Shown here: piece after piece, positions 45,758 through 56,253 of the stretch
Position numbering within the stretch: the stretch's first letter is position 1
Layout of the letters: each line of letters begins with the position of its first letter
Assembly: GCA_944358435.1 (NCBI GenBank)
Contig: CALVRD010000001.1
Location: 7,977 to 71,976 of the forward strand
Origin: an uncultured Bacilli bacterium
GTDB taxonomy: Bacteria > Bacillota_I > Bacilli_A > RF39 > UBA660
Direction: 5' to 3'
DNA length: 64,000 bases
Made by a program: the position numbers and the translations under genes
The notes under the pieces: model-generated
Databases searched by the model: none
Told to the model about the DNA's origin: nothing
The model's input: the letters and a program-made list of their open reading frames with translations, nothing else

Positions 45758-46912
45758 CTATATTTCTCCCGAAAAAATGTCCAATAATGAGTTAAGTAGT
45801 AAATCAAAATAACTAAGTTTTGTTATTTTCCCCTTTACAGTTAGTTCACCAGTAGAAATAACTTTACCATTTTCTAATACCTTAATTATTCCAACTACAT
45901 CACCAGAATCTATTGGTAATTTAATACTATTAATTTCAACATCATAATTATATGTATGTTCTGATCCATCCAAATTCTCAACAACAGATAAATCATCTTT
46001 TAAAATTATATCTATATTCTCAGAACTTGCTTTATCTAACTTTACTTTTTGAATTACTTTACCCTTTTTCTTTAAAACATTCATTCTAACATTATTAAAA
46101 CCATAATCTAATAAATTCATAGTTTGAGTATTTCTCGTTTGACTATTAGGAACTCCTAAAACTATCCCAATTAAGCGTAATCCATTTTTCTTAGCAGTTG
46201 CTGCTAAACAATATCCTGCATTATCAGTATGACCAGTCTTTAATCCATCAGCACCTTCATAAAAACGTACTAGTTTATTTGTATTAACTAGCCAAAATTT
46301 ATTATCAGTTTCCTCTCTTAAATAATCTTCATACATTGAAGAAAATCTTAATATTTCCGAATGATTAACAACTAAGTCTCTTGCAATCATAGCCATATCA
46401 TATGCTGTCGAATAATGACCATCTTCATCTAATCCTGTACAATTTTTAAATTGTGTATTCTTAAGTCCTAACTTTTTTACCTTTTCATTCATCAATTTAA
46501 CAAATTTTTCTTCACTACCACTTATAACTTCTGCCATTTGCACAGTCGCATCATTTCCACTAGCCATCGATATTCCTCGCATTAAATCTTCAACTGTAAT
46601 TTTTTCTCCTTCTTGCAAATAAATTTGTGAGCCACCCATATCAGCTGCATTTTTGCTAACTGTAACTACATCAGTCCACCTTAATTTACCACTTTCTATT
46701 TGCTCTAAAATAATAATTTGAGCTACCATCTTTGTCATTGATGCAATTGCAACTTGTTTATCTTTTTCTTTTTCAAAAATAACCTTTCCACTACCAGCCT
46801 CAATCAGTATTCCACTAACCGCATCTGGTATAATATCAACACTCTCGGCAAATACTGTAAAAGGGCTTAATATAAAACCTATACATAAAATCAAAATAAG
46901 TATCTTTTTCAT
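45758..46912 (-). CDS. Serine-type D-alanyl-D-alanine carboxypeptidase (PBP5/DacF-like)
   Basis: Signal peptide; SMTKM (SxxK), SGND (SxN) and KTG motifs; C-terminal PBP5 domain. Confidence 0.8.
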   Translation of the reverse strand: MKKILILILCIGFILSPFTVFAESVDIIPDAVSGILIEAGSGKVIFEKEKDKQVAIASMTKMVAQIIILEQIESGKLRWTDVVTVSKNAADMGGSQIYLQEGEKITVEDLMRGISMASGNDATVQMAEVISGSEEKFVKLMNEKVKKLGLKNTQFKNCTGLDEDGHYSTAYDMAMIARDLVVNHSEILRFSSMYEDYLREETDNKFWLVNTNKLVRFYEGADGLKTGHTDNAGYCLAATAKKNGLRLIGIVLGVPNSQTRNTQTMNLLDYGFNNVRMNVLKKKGKVIQKVKLDKASSENIDIILKDDLSVVENLDGSEHTYNYDVEINSIKLPIDSGDVVGIIKVLENGKVISTGELTVKGKITKLSYFDLLLNSLLDIFSGEI

Positions 46913-46999
46913 GTCTACCTCCTATCATTTTTTATGTAAAACAAAATAAATTTATACATAAAGTAAAAATTTAATGCTATTATATAACTAGGTGATAAT

Positions 47000-47911
47000 A
47001 TGACAGATATAAGAAAAAAGCATTTAAAAATAAAAAAGAAAAACTCAACTATCTTTCTAACATGTATTGTTTTAATAATAATTAGTATCATTTATGGCAT
47101 TAATATAATAAATAATAAGCAATTAACTAATAAAGAAAATAAATTACAAAAAAAAGATAACACTCCCACAATAAAAGAAGAAGACACTAGTTTTGAAAAA
47201 GCCAGTAAATTAAGTTATTATCGTAAGGAAAATGATACAAGATATAGGGCCTATCGTAAATTAAACCCCTCATTAACTACTGAACAAATTGTAACAGAAG
47301 TAAATATCGGCTTAGATAACCCTTACTATACTAATGACATTCCTGTAGAAAAATTAAATAGCCAATACATCTTAGTAAATAAATATAACTACTTATCCAA
47401 AGACTACATCCCAGCTGATCTTCAAGAAATAAGTAGCCAATATTCAGCCAAAAATATGTTATATCTAGTAAGTTATGCAAAGGATGCTTTTGAAGAAATG
47501 GCAAAAGCAGCTAAACAAGAAAATCTTACAGTACTTGCCATGTCAACATATAGAAGTTATGACTATCAAGAACAACTATATAATAATTATGTTAAACAAG
47601 ATGGAAAAGAAAATGCCGATACATATTCTGCTCGACCTGGTTATTCAGAGCATCAAACAGGTTTAGCCGTTGATGTTTGTAATGGTAAGGAATCATACAC
47701 AAATTTCGAAGTAACCCAAGAATTTATATGGATGCAAGAAAATGCTTACAAATTTGGATTTATTCTAAGATTTCCCAAAGATAAAGTTAGAGAAACTGGA
47801 TATAGTTATGAATCATGGCACTATCGCTATGTTGGTAAAGAAATTGCTGAATTTATTCATAATCACAATATTACATATGAAGAATATTATGTTCAAAACA
47901 TTCAAAAATAA
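47000..47911 (+). CDS. M15B (VanY-like) D-Ala-D-Ala carboxypeptidase, membrane anchored
   Basis: SEHQTGLAVD and WHYRY zinc-ligand motifs. Confidence 0.7.
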   Translation: MTDIRKKHLKIKKKNSTIFLTCIVLIIISIIYGINIINNKQLTNKENKLQKKDNTPTIKEEDTSFEKASKLSYYRKENDTRYRAYRKLNPSLTTEQIVTEVNIGLDNPYYTNDIPVEKLNSQYILVNKYNYLSKDYIPADLQEISSQYSAKNMLYLVSYAKDAFEEMAKAAKQENLTVLAMSTYRSYDYQEQLYNNYVKQDGKENADTYSARPGYSEHQTGLAVDVCNGKESYTNFEVTQEFIWMQENAYKFGFILRFPKDKVRETGYSYESWHYRYVGKEIAEFIHNHNITYEEYYVQNIQK

Positions 47912-47961
47912 TTAAAAATTACTACATACAAAAAGATTGACAAAATTAAAGTCAATCTTTT

Positions 47962-48534
47962 TTAATCATATTTTCTTTTAAAATATTTAAATAAATACCA
48001 AAAAGCCGTATATATACTCCATACTATAAATATAAAATTACTAATTTGCACAATAGCCAATATTAAATCGTTAGTATATAACTGAACCTTATCTGCTAAA
48101 TTAACACCACTATTTATAACAGAACTAATAAAACTAAAAAATAAAAAGTATAGTATACCAAAGCATAAATAATTAATAACTTTTTTAAATAAAGTTAATT
48201 TCTTACTTAAAACAGTAATAACTATAAATATTGTTATTAAAAATATTATAGAAAAATAAATAACAGTCGAAGGAAAATATATATACTTCATTATACCTTT
48301 TAATAAAAAATCAATACAATAAGAAACATAATCCTTATTTAAAACCATAACGGTAACAATAAACATTCCAACAACAATAATAGCAAAATAATTAATAATT
48401 TTCTTTTTATACTTTATATTAAGTCCTAGAAGTATAAAGAAAAGAAGTGTTAATATAAGTAATTCTATCCCAAGAAAAGAAGATAAAGCATATTTAAAAA
48501 TAATCTGTAACTTTTCGAAAAAATTCATAAACAT
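47962..48534 (-). CDS. Polytopic membrane protein (190 aa)
   Basis: Hydropathy only. Confidence 0.25.
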   Translation of the reverse strand: MFMNFFEKLQIIFKYALSSFLGIELLILTLLFFILLGLNIKYKKKIINYFAIIVVGMFIVTVMVLNKDYVSYCIDFLLKGIMKYIYFPSTVIYFSIIFLITIFIVITVLSKKLTLFKKVINYLCFGILYFLFFSFISSVINSGVNLADKVQLYTNDLILAIVQISNFIFIVWSIYTAFWYLFKYFKRKYD

Positions 48535-48549
48535 ACTAACACCTCCATA

Positions 48550-49263
48550 TTAAATTAATTCTGCAATATAAACAGTTTGCTTTGTACTATCATCTTTCGT
48601 ACATGTAATAAGTGTTAAAGTAGTTTTATCATAATTCCTTACAATTGAAACTTTACCAGTTTTATCAACGTTATAAATATTAACTAATTTATAATGATAT
48701 TTTACTTTATTATAAGTAACATAAATATCATTACCAATACTTAGTCTATATAAATAAGCAAAATAAGAAATATAAGCATCGCCAGAATGAGCCATTAATA
48801 TTAAATTACCTCTATTTACATCTGGCATACTAGAACCACTAACCATTGTTACATTATACCGAATATCATTATACTTTGAATCGGTACCGTAAAATCCTCT
48901 TTTTAAACCAATTCTCGGAATTTCTAAAACCCCTAAATACTTATCATAATTGATAGGCTTCTGTTGAGTTTCCTCTGGTGGAGCAATATTATTACCACTA
49001 GAATTATCATTTTCATCATCTTTAGGTAATACTTCCACATCAGGTATATTTTCAATAATTTCCTCTTGTTGCACTTCATCAGAAATCATAAGCATCATAT
49101 CAGAGTATATTGCATCTTTTAACCATAATAAATGATTCCATGAAAGAACAATTACTCCAAAAAATACAAGTAAAGAGCCAATTATTAATAAATGGCTCTT
49201 CTTAATTATTTTATTACTTTTCTTCTGCCGGTTTAACATTTGCATAAATAATACCAACACCAC
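48550..49263 (-). CDS. Sortase (class B-like)
   Basis: N-terminal TM segment; LMAHSG His; TLITC active-site Cys motif. Confidence 0.6.
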   Translation of the reverse strand: MVLVLFMQMLNRQKKSNKIIKKSHLLIIGSLLVFFGVIVLSWNHLLWLKDAIYSDMMLMISDEVQQEEIIENIPDVEVLPKDDENDNSSGNNIAPPEETQQKPINYDKYLGVLEIPRIGLKRGFYGTDSKYNDIRYNVTMVSGSSMPDVNRGNLILMAHSGDAYISYFAYLYRLSIGNDIYVTYNKVKYHYKLVNIYNVDKTGKVSIVRNYDKTTLTLITCTKDDSTKQTVYIAELI

Positions 49264-50482
49264 TTAATAATATAATTAATCCGATAAAGTAAACTGTTTG
49301 GGCAGTGTTCATTCCTGTATCAGGAACATCAGGAGTATAATCAAGAGGAATATCAGCACCTCTACTAATATTATTATTTACAGATTTAACGCTAGTAATT
49401 GTTTGTGCTCCTTCAGCAACATAATAATTACCTTCGTATGTCTTAAATGATCCAACAACCTCAAAACTAAGTATTTTATTAGTTTCTGTTACTTTATCAA
49501 TTGGAATTCTAAAATAAAATTTATTTGTTGCCTTAAGATTTGTTAAATCATCAATCTTATTACCATTAGAGTCTACTACAAAAGTTCCTTCAGGTGCATT
49601 TTTTATCACTATCTTATATCCATTAAAATTATCAGAAGGTGAACCAACAACAGATATTTGTGAAGTTTGATAATATTTATTATCTTGTGTAACAGCAACA
49701 TCTTCGTTATAATCAATATCTAAAACTTTATTAGGAACATTTCTATTATTCATAGCTTTATTAACTAAATTGTCAATAACACCATATAAAAGTGGATCTT
49801 CATCTGTTGTTACTCCAACTGATATACCACCAGTTGCAGGATTAATTGTATAATAATTTAATGAATCATCATCAGCATCAACTACTCCACGTGCTTTCTT
49901 AATTCTATCTAAGTCTTCTGATGAAATATAATTTGGACTATCTTCTGCAACATTTAAATTTTCAACACCATCATTATTAAGGTCCTCTAATCTATATAAA
50001 TAAATCCAAATAGCAGTCTGAGAAATCCAAGTTTGTAGACCATCATTTAAAAATGTATCAAACTCAACATTTGGATAAATATTAGCCATTAAATAAAGTA
50101 ATCCATAATCAGTAATAGCTTCCCCCTTATTAAATATAGTATTTCCTTGAAAATCAATACTATGTTCTAAACAAAATACTTGAATACCACCATCTGTATA
50201 ATAAGGAAATACCGAAAAGCCACTATCACTCTGAAAGCGCTGATCTGCATCCTTTGTCTCAAAAGAATCTGGTAAAGAATAGTCAACATCAGGTATAGCA
50301 TATGACCTATCAAAACCAACAACTACAGCAACCACAACTACAACCATTACCGCAGCTAAAACTCCAATTAGAGATTTAGACCTAAATAATTTATTACTAG
50401 AACGTTTGTTTTTATTATTATTCTCCATATAAATCTTCTCCATATTATTACCTACCTTTATACAAATTATTATACCATACAT
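49214..50482 (-). CDS. Cell-wall-anchored surface protein with an xPDTG sorting signal
   Basis: N-terminal signal/TM segment; C-terminal DVPDTG, a hydrophobic stretch and a charged tail KPAEEK; the ORF ends overlap the sortase gene. Confidence 0.45.
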   Translation of the reverse strand: MYGIIICIKVGNNMEKIYMENNNKNKRSSNKLFRSKSLIGVLAAVMVVVVVAVVVGFDRSYAIPDVDYSLPDSFETKDADQRFQSDSGFSVFPYYTDGGIQVFCLEHSIDFQGNTIFNKGEAITDYGLLYLMANIYPNVEFDTFLNDGLQTWISQTAIWIYLYRLEDLNNDGVENLNVAEDSPNYISSEDLDRIKKARGVVDADDDSLNYYTINPATGGISVGVTTDEDPLLYGVIDNLVNKAMNNRNVPNKVLDIDYNEDVAVTQDNKYYQTSQISVVGSPSDNFNGYKIVIKNAPEGTFVVDSNGNKIDDLTNLKATNKFYFRIPIDKVTETNKILSFEVVGSFKTYEGNYYVAEGAQTITSVKSVNNNISRGADIPLDYTPDVPDTGMNTAQTVYFIGLIILLSGVGIIYANVKPAEEK

Positions 50483-50502
50483 TTAATTTTTTAAAAGTAT
50501 TT

Positions 50503-51729
50503 TTATTCAATAACAAAAATATTTTCAACAAAATCCTGGTCAAGTTTTACATCAGAATATATTTTTGCAATAACTTCACCTCTACGTACCTTCTGTCCAA
50601 CTAACTTTTCTAAGTAAATTCCAACACCATAATCAATAGTATCTTCTTTATTTACCCTACCAGCTCCTAAAGAAACAGCAAGTTTTCCAAACTCTAATGC
50701 ATCAATTCCAACAATGGTTCCATATTTACTAGATTTAATCTTTTGAACTTTTTTGTTAACTTTAATTTCATTAATATTTCCGCCTTGATATTCAATCATT
50801 TCTAAGAATTTATCATAGGCACTCAAATTTTTAATAGACTTTTTTACTAAAACAGTTGCCTCTTCAACAGTAATCCCTTTACCCATACTTACCATTTCAC
50901 TAGCAAGTTGTATACATAAATCAACTAAATTACTTTTCTTTTCTTTACCACGTAAAATATTGATTGCCTCTAACACTTCTAAACTATTACCAATTGCATG
51001 GCCAAGAGGTACATCCATATCACTTATTATTGTTCGAACTTCTCGATTGTAGAATTTACCAATCTTAATCATTAACTGACTTAACTTATTTGCATCTTTC
51101 TTTGTCTTAAGTAAAGCTCCCTTTCCTACCTTAATATCAATAAGTATTTTATCCGCACCACTTGCAATTTTTTTACTCATAATACTAGAAGCAATAAGTG
51201 GAATTGAAGAAACCGTTCCCGTAACATCCCTTAAGGCATAAATAACTTTATCCATTGGAGCTAAGTCAGCAGTCTGTCCAGTAACAACAACTCCAATTTC
51301 TTTTACTTGCTTAATTATTTCTTCATCAGATAAAACAATTTTAAATCCAGGAATACTTTCTAATTTATCAATAGTTCCACCAGTATAGCCTAAACCGCGG
51401 CCACTCATTTTAACAACAGGTACCCCTAAACTCGCAACAATAGGAGCAATCACTAAAGTAGTTTTATCTCCTACTCCACCAGTTGAATGTTTATCAACCT
51501 TAATACCTGGAATATCAGAAAAATCTAAGACATTGCCACTTTCAATAAATATTTTCGTAAGAGCAAAGATTTCCTCATCACTCATTCCTCTAATACAAAT
51601 TGCCATTAATAAAGAAGACATCTGATAGTCTTTAACCTCACCTTTTAAATATCCATTAAAAAAATAATTTAATTCATTATAAGTTAAAGCTCTTCCTAAT
51701 CTTTTCTTATTAATAATATCTACTATCAT
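50503..51729 (-). CDS. pdp: Pyrimidine-nucleoside phosphorylase
   Basis: HSTGGVGDKT and the full-length thymidine/pyrimidine-nucleoside phosphorylase pattern. Confidence 0.85.
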   Translation of the reverse strand: MIVDIINKKRLGRALTYNELNYFFNGYLKGEVKDYQMSSLLMAICIRGMSDEEIFALTKIFIESGNVLDFSDIPGIKVDKHSTGGVGDKTTLVIAPIVASLGVPVVKMSGRGLGYTGGTIDKLESIPGFKIVLSDEEIIKQVKEIGVVVTGQTADLAPMDKVIYALRDVTGTVSSIPLIASSIMSKKIASGADKILIDIKVGKGALLKTKKDANKLSQLMIKIGKFYNREVRTIISDMDVPLGHAIGNSLEVLEAINILRGKEKKSNLVDLCIQLASEMVSMGKGITVEEATVLVKKSIKNLSAYDKFLEMIEYQGGNINEIKVNKKVQKIKSSKYGTIVGIDALEFGKLAVSLGAGRVNKEDTIDYGVGIYLEKLVGQKVRRGEVIAKIYSDVKLDQDFVENIFVIE

Positions 51730-52172
51730 AATAACACCTTCCTAAATATATCAGATTCTCTAATAATATAACCTAAATCTATATATAATTTCCGAGCAGA
51801 GGTTCTAAATCTACTAGAAGTCATCTGTAGCATCTTAACACCTTCGCTTATCGCTATCTCTTCAATTCTAGTAAGTAAGCCCCTAGCAATACCTCTTCCT
51901 CGATAATTTTGAGCTACACAGACATAATCTATCCAAAAATTAGTATGTTTCAAAATAGGATCAATACTTCTTGATACTAAAGCATAACCAACTACCTTTT
52001 CATCTTCCTCTACTACCAATTGAATATAACTTTTCCCTAATTTTAAATCATCAACAGTAATTAAAGAAGCAACAATATCTTTTGAGATTTCTGGAAAAGA
52101 ATTCTTTATTATTTCTACTACATCAAAAAAATCATTATCATTGTACTTTCTTATAATCATTTTAATCATCAA
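51726..52172 (-). CDS. GNAT-family N-acetyltransferase
   Basis: VAQNYRGRGIARGLL acetyl-CoA binding motif. Confidence 0.6.
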   Translation of the reverse strand: MMIKMIIRKYNDNDFFDVVEIIKNSFPEISKDIVASLITVDDLKLGKSYIQLVVEEDEKVVGYALVSRSIDPILKHTNFWIDYVCVAQNYRGRGIARGLLTRIEEIAISEGVKMLQMTSSRFRTSARKLYIDLGYIIRESDIFRKVLL

Positions 52173-52260
52173 CCTCTACTATTTATAAAACAATTATAAC
52201 ACACTCAAATCAAAAAAAACTAGCTTTCAATTCTAAATTACATCAAAATAAAATAAATAT

Positions 52261-52295
52261 AAAAAAACAAAAAGCAGAACTAATCTGCTTTTTCA
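52261..52295 (-). terminator. Terminator hairpin overlapping the ssb stop
   Basis: Stem GCAGA...TCTGC with a flanking T-run on the minus strand. Confidence 0.35.
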
Positions 52296-52618
52296 TCCTC
52301 CTTCTTACTAGATAAAAATGTCACTTTTTCTGCTACAATGTCAACTAAATATTTCTTTCTACCATCATTTTCAACTACTCTTGATTGTACCCGTCCCTTT
52401 ACCCCCACAATATCTCCTTTTGCACAATAATTAGCTGTATTTTCCGCAATATTTTCAAAGGCAATACAATCAATAAAGTCAGTATCATAAGTCCCATCCA
52501 TATTTTTAAAACTTCTTGGAATTGCTAAAGATATTGTCGCAATTTTTTTACCATTATCAGACTTATTAATTTTAATATTTCTTGTAAGTCTACCAACAAG
52601 TACTATTTGATTTAACAT
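52280..52618 (-). CDS. ssb: Single-stranded DNA-binding protein, short form lacking the acidic C-terminal tail (SsbB-like)
   Basis: OB-fold pattern MLNQIVLVGRLTRN...; only 112 aa. Confidence 0.7.
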   Translation of the reverse strand: MLNQIVLVGRLTRNIKINKSDNGKKIATISLAIPRSFKNMDGTYDTDFIDCIAFENIAENTANYCAKGDIVGVKGRVQSRVVENDGRKKYLVDIVAEKVTFLSSKKEDEKAD

Positions 52619-52703
52619 ATTTCACCTCCTTTCATGGCTTATAATATTAAATATTTAATTATCATTCAAACGGCTAAATAACAATAATGCTTTAAAAAAG
52701 TCG

Positions 52704-52740
52704 CAAAAAAAATGAAATTCTCTAACTGAAAATTTCATTT
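52704..52740 (-). terminator. Terminator after sufB
   Basis: TGAAATT...AATTTCA stem with an adjacent T-run on the minus strand. Confidence 0.35.
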
Positions 52741-52780
52741 TCAAAAATATTAAGAATCATAAATATCAAAGTTTATAACT

Positions 52781-54103
52781 TTATAAATTTCTTTTAATAA
52801 GTTGATTTAACTCTACAGCATATTCCATTGGTAACTCTTCCCTAAATTTTTCTAAAAATCCTAAAACTATAAGCTCCATTGCTCTTTCTCTAGAAATACC
52901 TCTACTCATTAAATAAAATAAGTTATCTTCACTTATTTTTGAAACAGTTGCCTCATGTTCAATACTACTAGATTTATTAAAACAAGAATTAACCGGAATT
53001 GTATCACTCTTAGAAATTTCATCTAAAATTAAGGTATCACATTTAACATTACTAATACTCTTTTCCGCTCCGCTATTTATTAAAACCTTTCCACGATAAG
53101 TGGCATTACCACCATTTCTTGCAATACTCTTTGAAATAATATTACTCTTAGTATTTTTACCAAGGTGAATCATTCTAGCTCCACTATCTTGCTCCTGACC
53201 ACTTGATGCAACCGATATAGTAATACAAGTACCTTGTGAATTATCCCCTTTCAATACACAACAAGGATATTTCATCGTAACCTTACTTCCAATATTACCA
53301 TCAATCCATTCCATTGAACCATTATCATCAACCATAGCTCGCTTAGTAACTAAATTATAAACATTAGGAGCCCAATTCTGAATAGTTGAATAACGACAAT
53401 GACTATTTTTACCAACATAAATTTCAACAACTGCTGCATGTAAAGAAGATTCACTATATGTCGGAGCCGTACATCCTTCAATATAATGAAGACTACTATT
53501 ATCATCAACAATAATCAATGTTCTTTCAAACTGTCCCATATTTTTACTATTAATTCTAAAATAACTTTGAAGAGGTCTATCCAATGTTGTATTAGGAGGA
53601 ATATAAATAAAACTACCTCCACTAAAAACAGCACTATTTAAAGCTGCAAACTTATTTTCACCATTATTAACAATCTTTCCAAAATATTTTTTTACAAGTC
53701 CTGGATATTTTTTCATTGCCATTTCAATTGAAGTAAATACTACTTTTTTCTCTTTTAGTTCTTCAAGCATTTTATGATAAATTACTTCACTCTCATACTG
53801 AACACCCATTCCACCCAAATGCTTTTCACTTTCCAAAACACCTAACTCATCAAGCTCATCAACAACTGGTTTTAAGACATTATTCCAATCATTCTGAATA
53901 GCTTCATCTCTTTCATTAGCTTTATAATATATAATCTCTGAAAAATCCAAATCTATTTTAGGACCAAAACTAGGCATATTTAATTTTTCAAACTTTGAAA
54001 AACTATCTAATCTATAGTCAGTAACCCAATTATCTTCCTTTTTTATATTAGAAATTGCTTTTACTTTTTCTACATCAATTCCTTTAATTTCCATAAGTAT
54101 CAC
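52781..54103 (-). CDS. sufB: Fe-S cluster assembly protein SufB
   Basis: Full-length SufB/SufD-family beta-helix protein, last gene of the suf operon. Confidence 0.8.
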   Translation of the reverse strand: MILMEIKGIDVEKVKAISNIKKEDNWVTDYRLDSFSKFEKLNMPSFGPKIDLDFSEIIYYKANERDEAIQNDWNNVLKPVVDELDELGVLESEKHLGGMGVQYESEVIYHKMLEELKEKKVVFTSIEMAMKKYPGLVKKYFGKIVNNGENKFAALNSAVFSGGSFIYIPPNTTLDRPLQSYFRINSKNMGQFERTLIIVDDNSSLHYIEGCTAPTYSESSLHAAVVEIYVGKNSHCRYSTIQNWAPNVYNLVTKRAMVDDNGSMEWIDGNIGSKVTMKYPCCVLKGDNSQGTCITISVASSGQEQDSGARMIHLGKNTKSNIISKSIARNGGNATYRGKVLINSGAEKSISNVKCDTLILDEISKSDTIPVNSCFNKSSSIEHEATVSKISEDNLFYLMSRGISRERAMELIVLGFLEKFREELPMEYAVELNQLIKRNL

Positions 54104-54616
54104 CTAGTCTTCTTTTACTTTTTGTCTTCCTGTCTTTCTCTCTTCAAAAAAATTATACATCTTTTCTATATTACCTATATCATTATCTATTATTTTCTTC
54201 ATTTTATTAGCTTGTCGAGAAATACCAAGACGATTACTTGCAATTAGCACCCGATCCTTAAAAAACTCAGGAGAAGTTAAAATATAATCTTCCAAATCAG
54301 ACATAGAAACACTACTTATTCCACTTACTTCACCAAAATCAACATTTGTTAACACCCAACAAGGTCCAGTAACTAATTCATTACCTACATAATACATCTT
54401 TGTCCCATAAGATATCCCATCATTTCTAACATTAGAAATAGGAGCTCTTTTAAATATTGGATACTCTTCCTCTAAAGAAAATGGATTAAAATAACTTCCA
54501 TCACCACTATAATCTACTAAAATTACTTTAGACAAACTATCAGATAATTCAATTCCCTTATTTTCCTCATAATATCTTAGATCAGCAATTCTAATCTTAC
54601 TTGAATCAATTTTCAT
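54104..54616 (-). CDS. Hypothetical 170-aa protein embedded in the suf operon between sufU and sufB
   Basis: 11-nt overlap with sufU and directly abutting sufB; no motif recognised. Confidence 0.3.
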   Translation of the reverse strand: MKIDSSKIRIADLRYYEENKGIELSDSLSKVILVDYSGDGSYFNPFSLEEEYPIFKRAPISNVRNDGISYGTKMYYVGNELVTGPCWVLTNVDFGEVSGISSVSMSDLEDYILTSPEFFKDRVLIASNRLGISRQANKMKKIIDNDIGNIEKMYNFFEERKTGRQKVKED

Positions 54617-55037
54617 TGTCTAACACCTCCAACAACTTTTCTACCGCCTTACTTGGAATAAGAGCACAACTCTTTCTATTTGGCTGTTTACAAATTTCAT
54701 CATAAACATTTAACTCACCCAACACATCTGAATCATATGCCTCTTCATTAATCATTTTCTTATAATTAATAAGTATTGTTCTAACTTCTTCAATCCTTCT
54801 CCCAATTAAAGACCTAATCATAATTGAAGTAGCCGAAGTACTAATAGCACACGCTTCACCATCAAATCTTATATCAACAATTTTATCATCCGAAACTTTT
54901 ATAATAAAATCCAAATTATCAATACAATTATCACTATTTACTTTAATTTTAATATAACTATCATCATCAACTAAACCTTTATTCATTGGATTCTGATAAT
55001 TATCTAATATTATTTCTCTTCTTAAATTACTATCCAT
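54606..55037 (-). CDS. sufU: SufU-type (IscU-like) sulfur-transfer protein
   Basis: GEACAIS, a second Cys-containing motif and the C-terminal CALIP pattern. Confidence 0.7.
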   Translation of the reverse strand: MDSNLRREIILDNYQNPMNKGLVDDDSYIKIKVNSDNCIDNLDFIIKVSDDKIVDIRFDGEACAISTSATSIMIRSLIGRRIEEVRTILINYKKMINEEAYDSDVLGELNVYDEICKQPNRKSCALIPSKAVEKLLEVLDNEN

Positions 55038-55045
55038 ATATTCAC

Positions 55046-56242
55046 CTAAAGCACAACTTTAAAAATATCCTTACTATTTTTTAAAACATCTATTAATCTA
55101 TCAATATCATCTTTATTATTATATAAATACATACTTACTCTAACTGTATTTTTAACACCTAAATTATCTTTAAGCATCTTTGTACAATGATTACCTGCTC
55201 TAACACAAATATGATAATGATTTAAATAAATAGATGTTTCTTGTGCGAAAACCCCTTCAATATTAAAAGCCAAAATTCCACAATCAGAATTTTTATTATA
55301 TAAAATTAAATTAGGTATTTTTTCCAATTCAGAAATTAAATATTTTTTTAGCTCTTTCTCATATTGATGGACTTTATCCATTCCTATTTTCATTAAATAC
55401 TTAATTGCTTCACCTAACCCAATAACTTCTGCAATCGGTGGTGTACCAGCTTCAAATTTAGTTGGAGTCTTCTTAAGTTCATAACTATTGTCAGCCTCAA
55501 AATAACTATTCATTCCACCACCATAAAATAATGGTTCCATATCATTTAATAATTCTTCTCTTCCAACTAATACTCCAACTCCTGTAGGTCCTAACATCTT
55601 ATGCCCAGAAAAACTTAAAAAATCAATATTAGCTGCTTTAAAATCAACTTTCATATGCGGAACACTCTGAGCTCCATCTACACAAAATAAAATATTCTTC
55701 TCACGACAAATTTTACCTATTGTGTAAATATCTCTAACATCACCAATAACATTAGTTACATGAGCAATTGAAATAACTTTTGTTTTATCACTTATACTCT
55801 TTCGAACATTTTCAACAGTAAAAGAATAATCATCATCTAAATCAATATATTTTATAACTATTCCTATCTCTTCACTTAACTTCATCCAAGGAAGAACATT
55901 TGATGCGTGTTCACTCTTTGTTAATAAAACTTCATCATCTTTTTTTAAATGCTTCTTCATATATCCAAAGACTACCATATTAATTGACATCGTCGCACCA
56001 CTAGTAAAAACAACTTCACTACTATTATTACAATTAATAAATTCTTTAACTATATCTCTAGTCTCATCATATAGCCTATTTGTAACTATTGCTGCATCAT
56101 AGTCTCCTCGATGAATATTAGAAGTATGGACAGTATAATATTTATCCATTGCCTCAACCACACACTTAGGTTTTAATGTAGTTGCTCCATTATCAAAATA
56201 AACAATATCACTATCAAGCATTAAAAAATCTTCTCTATGCAA
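55046..56242 (-). CDS. sufS: Cysteine desulfurase SufS (class V aminotransferase)
   Basis: PLP-Lys region SFSGHKMLGPTG and the active-site Cys loop RAGNHC. Confidence 0.9.
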   Translation of the reverse strand: MHREDFLMLDSDIVYFDNGATTLKPKCVVEAMDKYYTVHTSNIHRGDYDAAIVTNRLYDETRDIVKEFINCNNSSEVVFTSGATMSINMVVFGYMKKHLKKDDEVLLTKSEHASNVLPWMKLSEEIGIVIKYIDLDDDYSFTVENVRKSISDKTKVISIAHVTNVIGDVRDIYTIGKICREKNILFCVDGAQSVPHMKVDFKAANIDFLSFSGHKMLGPTGVGVLVGREELLNDMEPLFYGGGMNSYFEADNSYELKKTPTKFEAGTPPIAEVIGLGEAIKYLMKIGMDKVHQYEKELKKYLISELEKIPNLILYNKNSDCGILAFNIEGVFAQETSIYLNHYHICVRAGNHCTKMLKDNLGVKNTVRVSMYLYNNKDDIDRLIDVLKNSKDIFKVVL

Positions 56243-56253
56243 AATATCACCTC

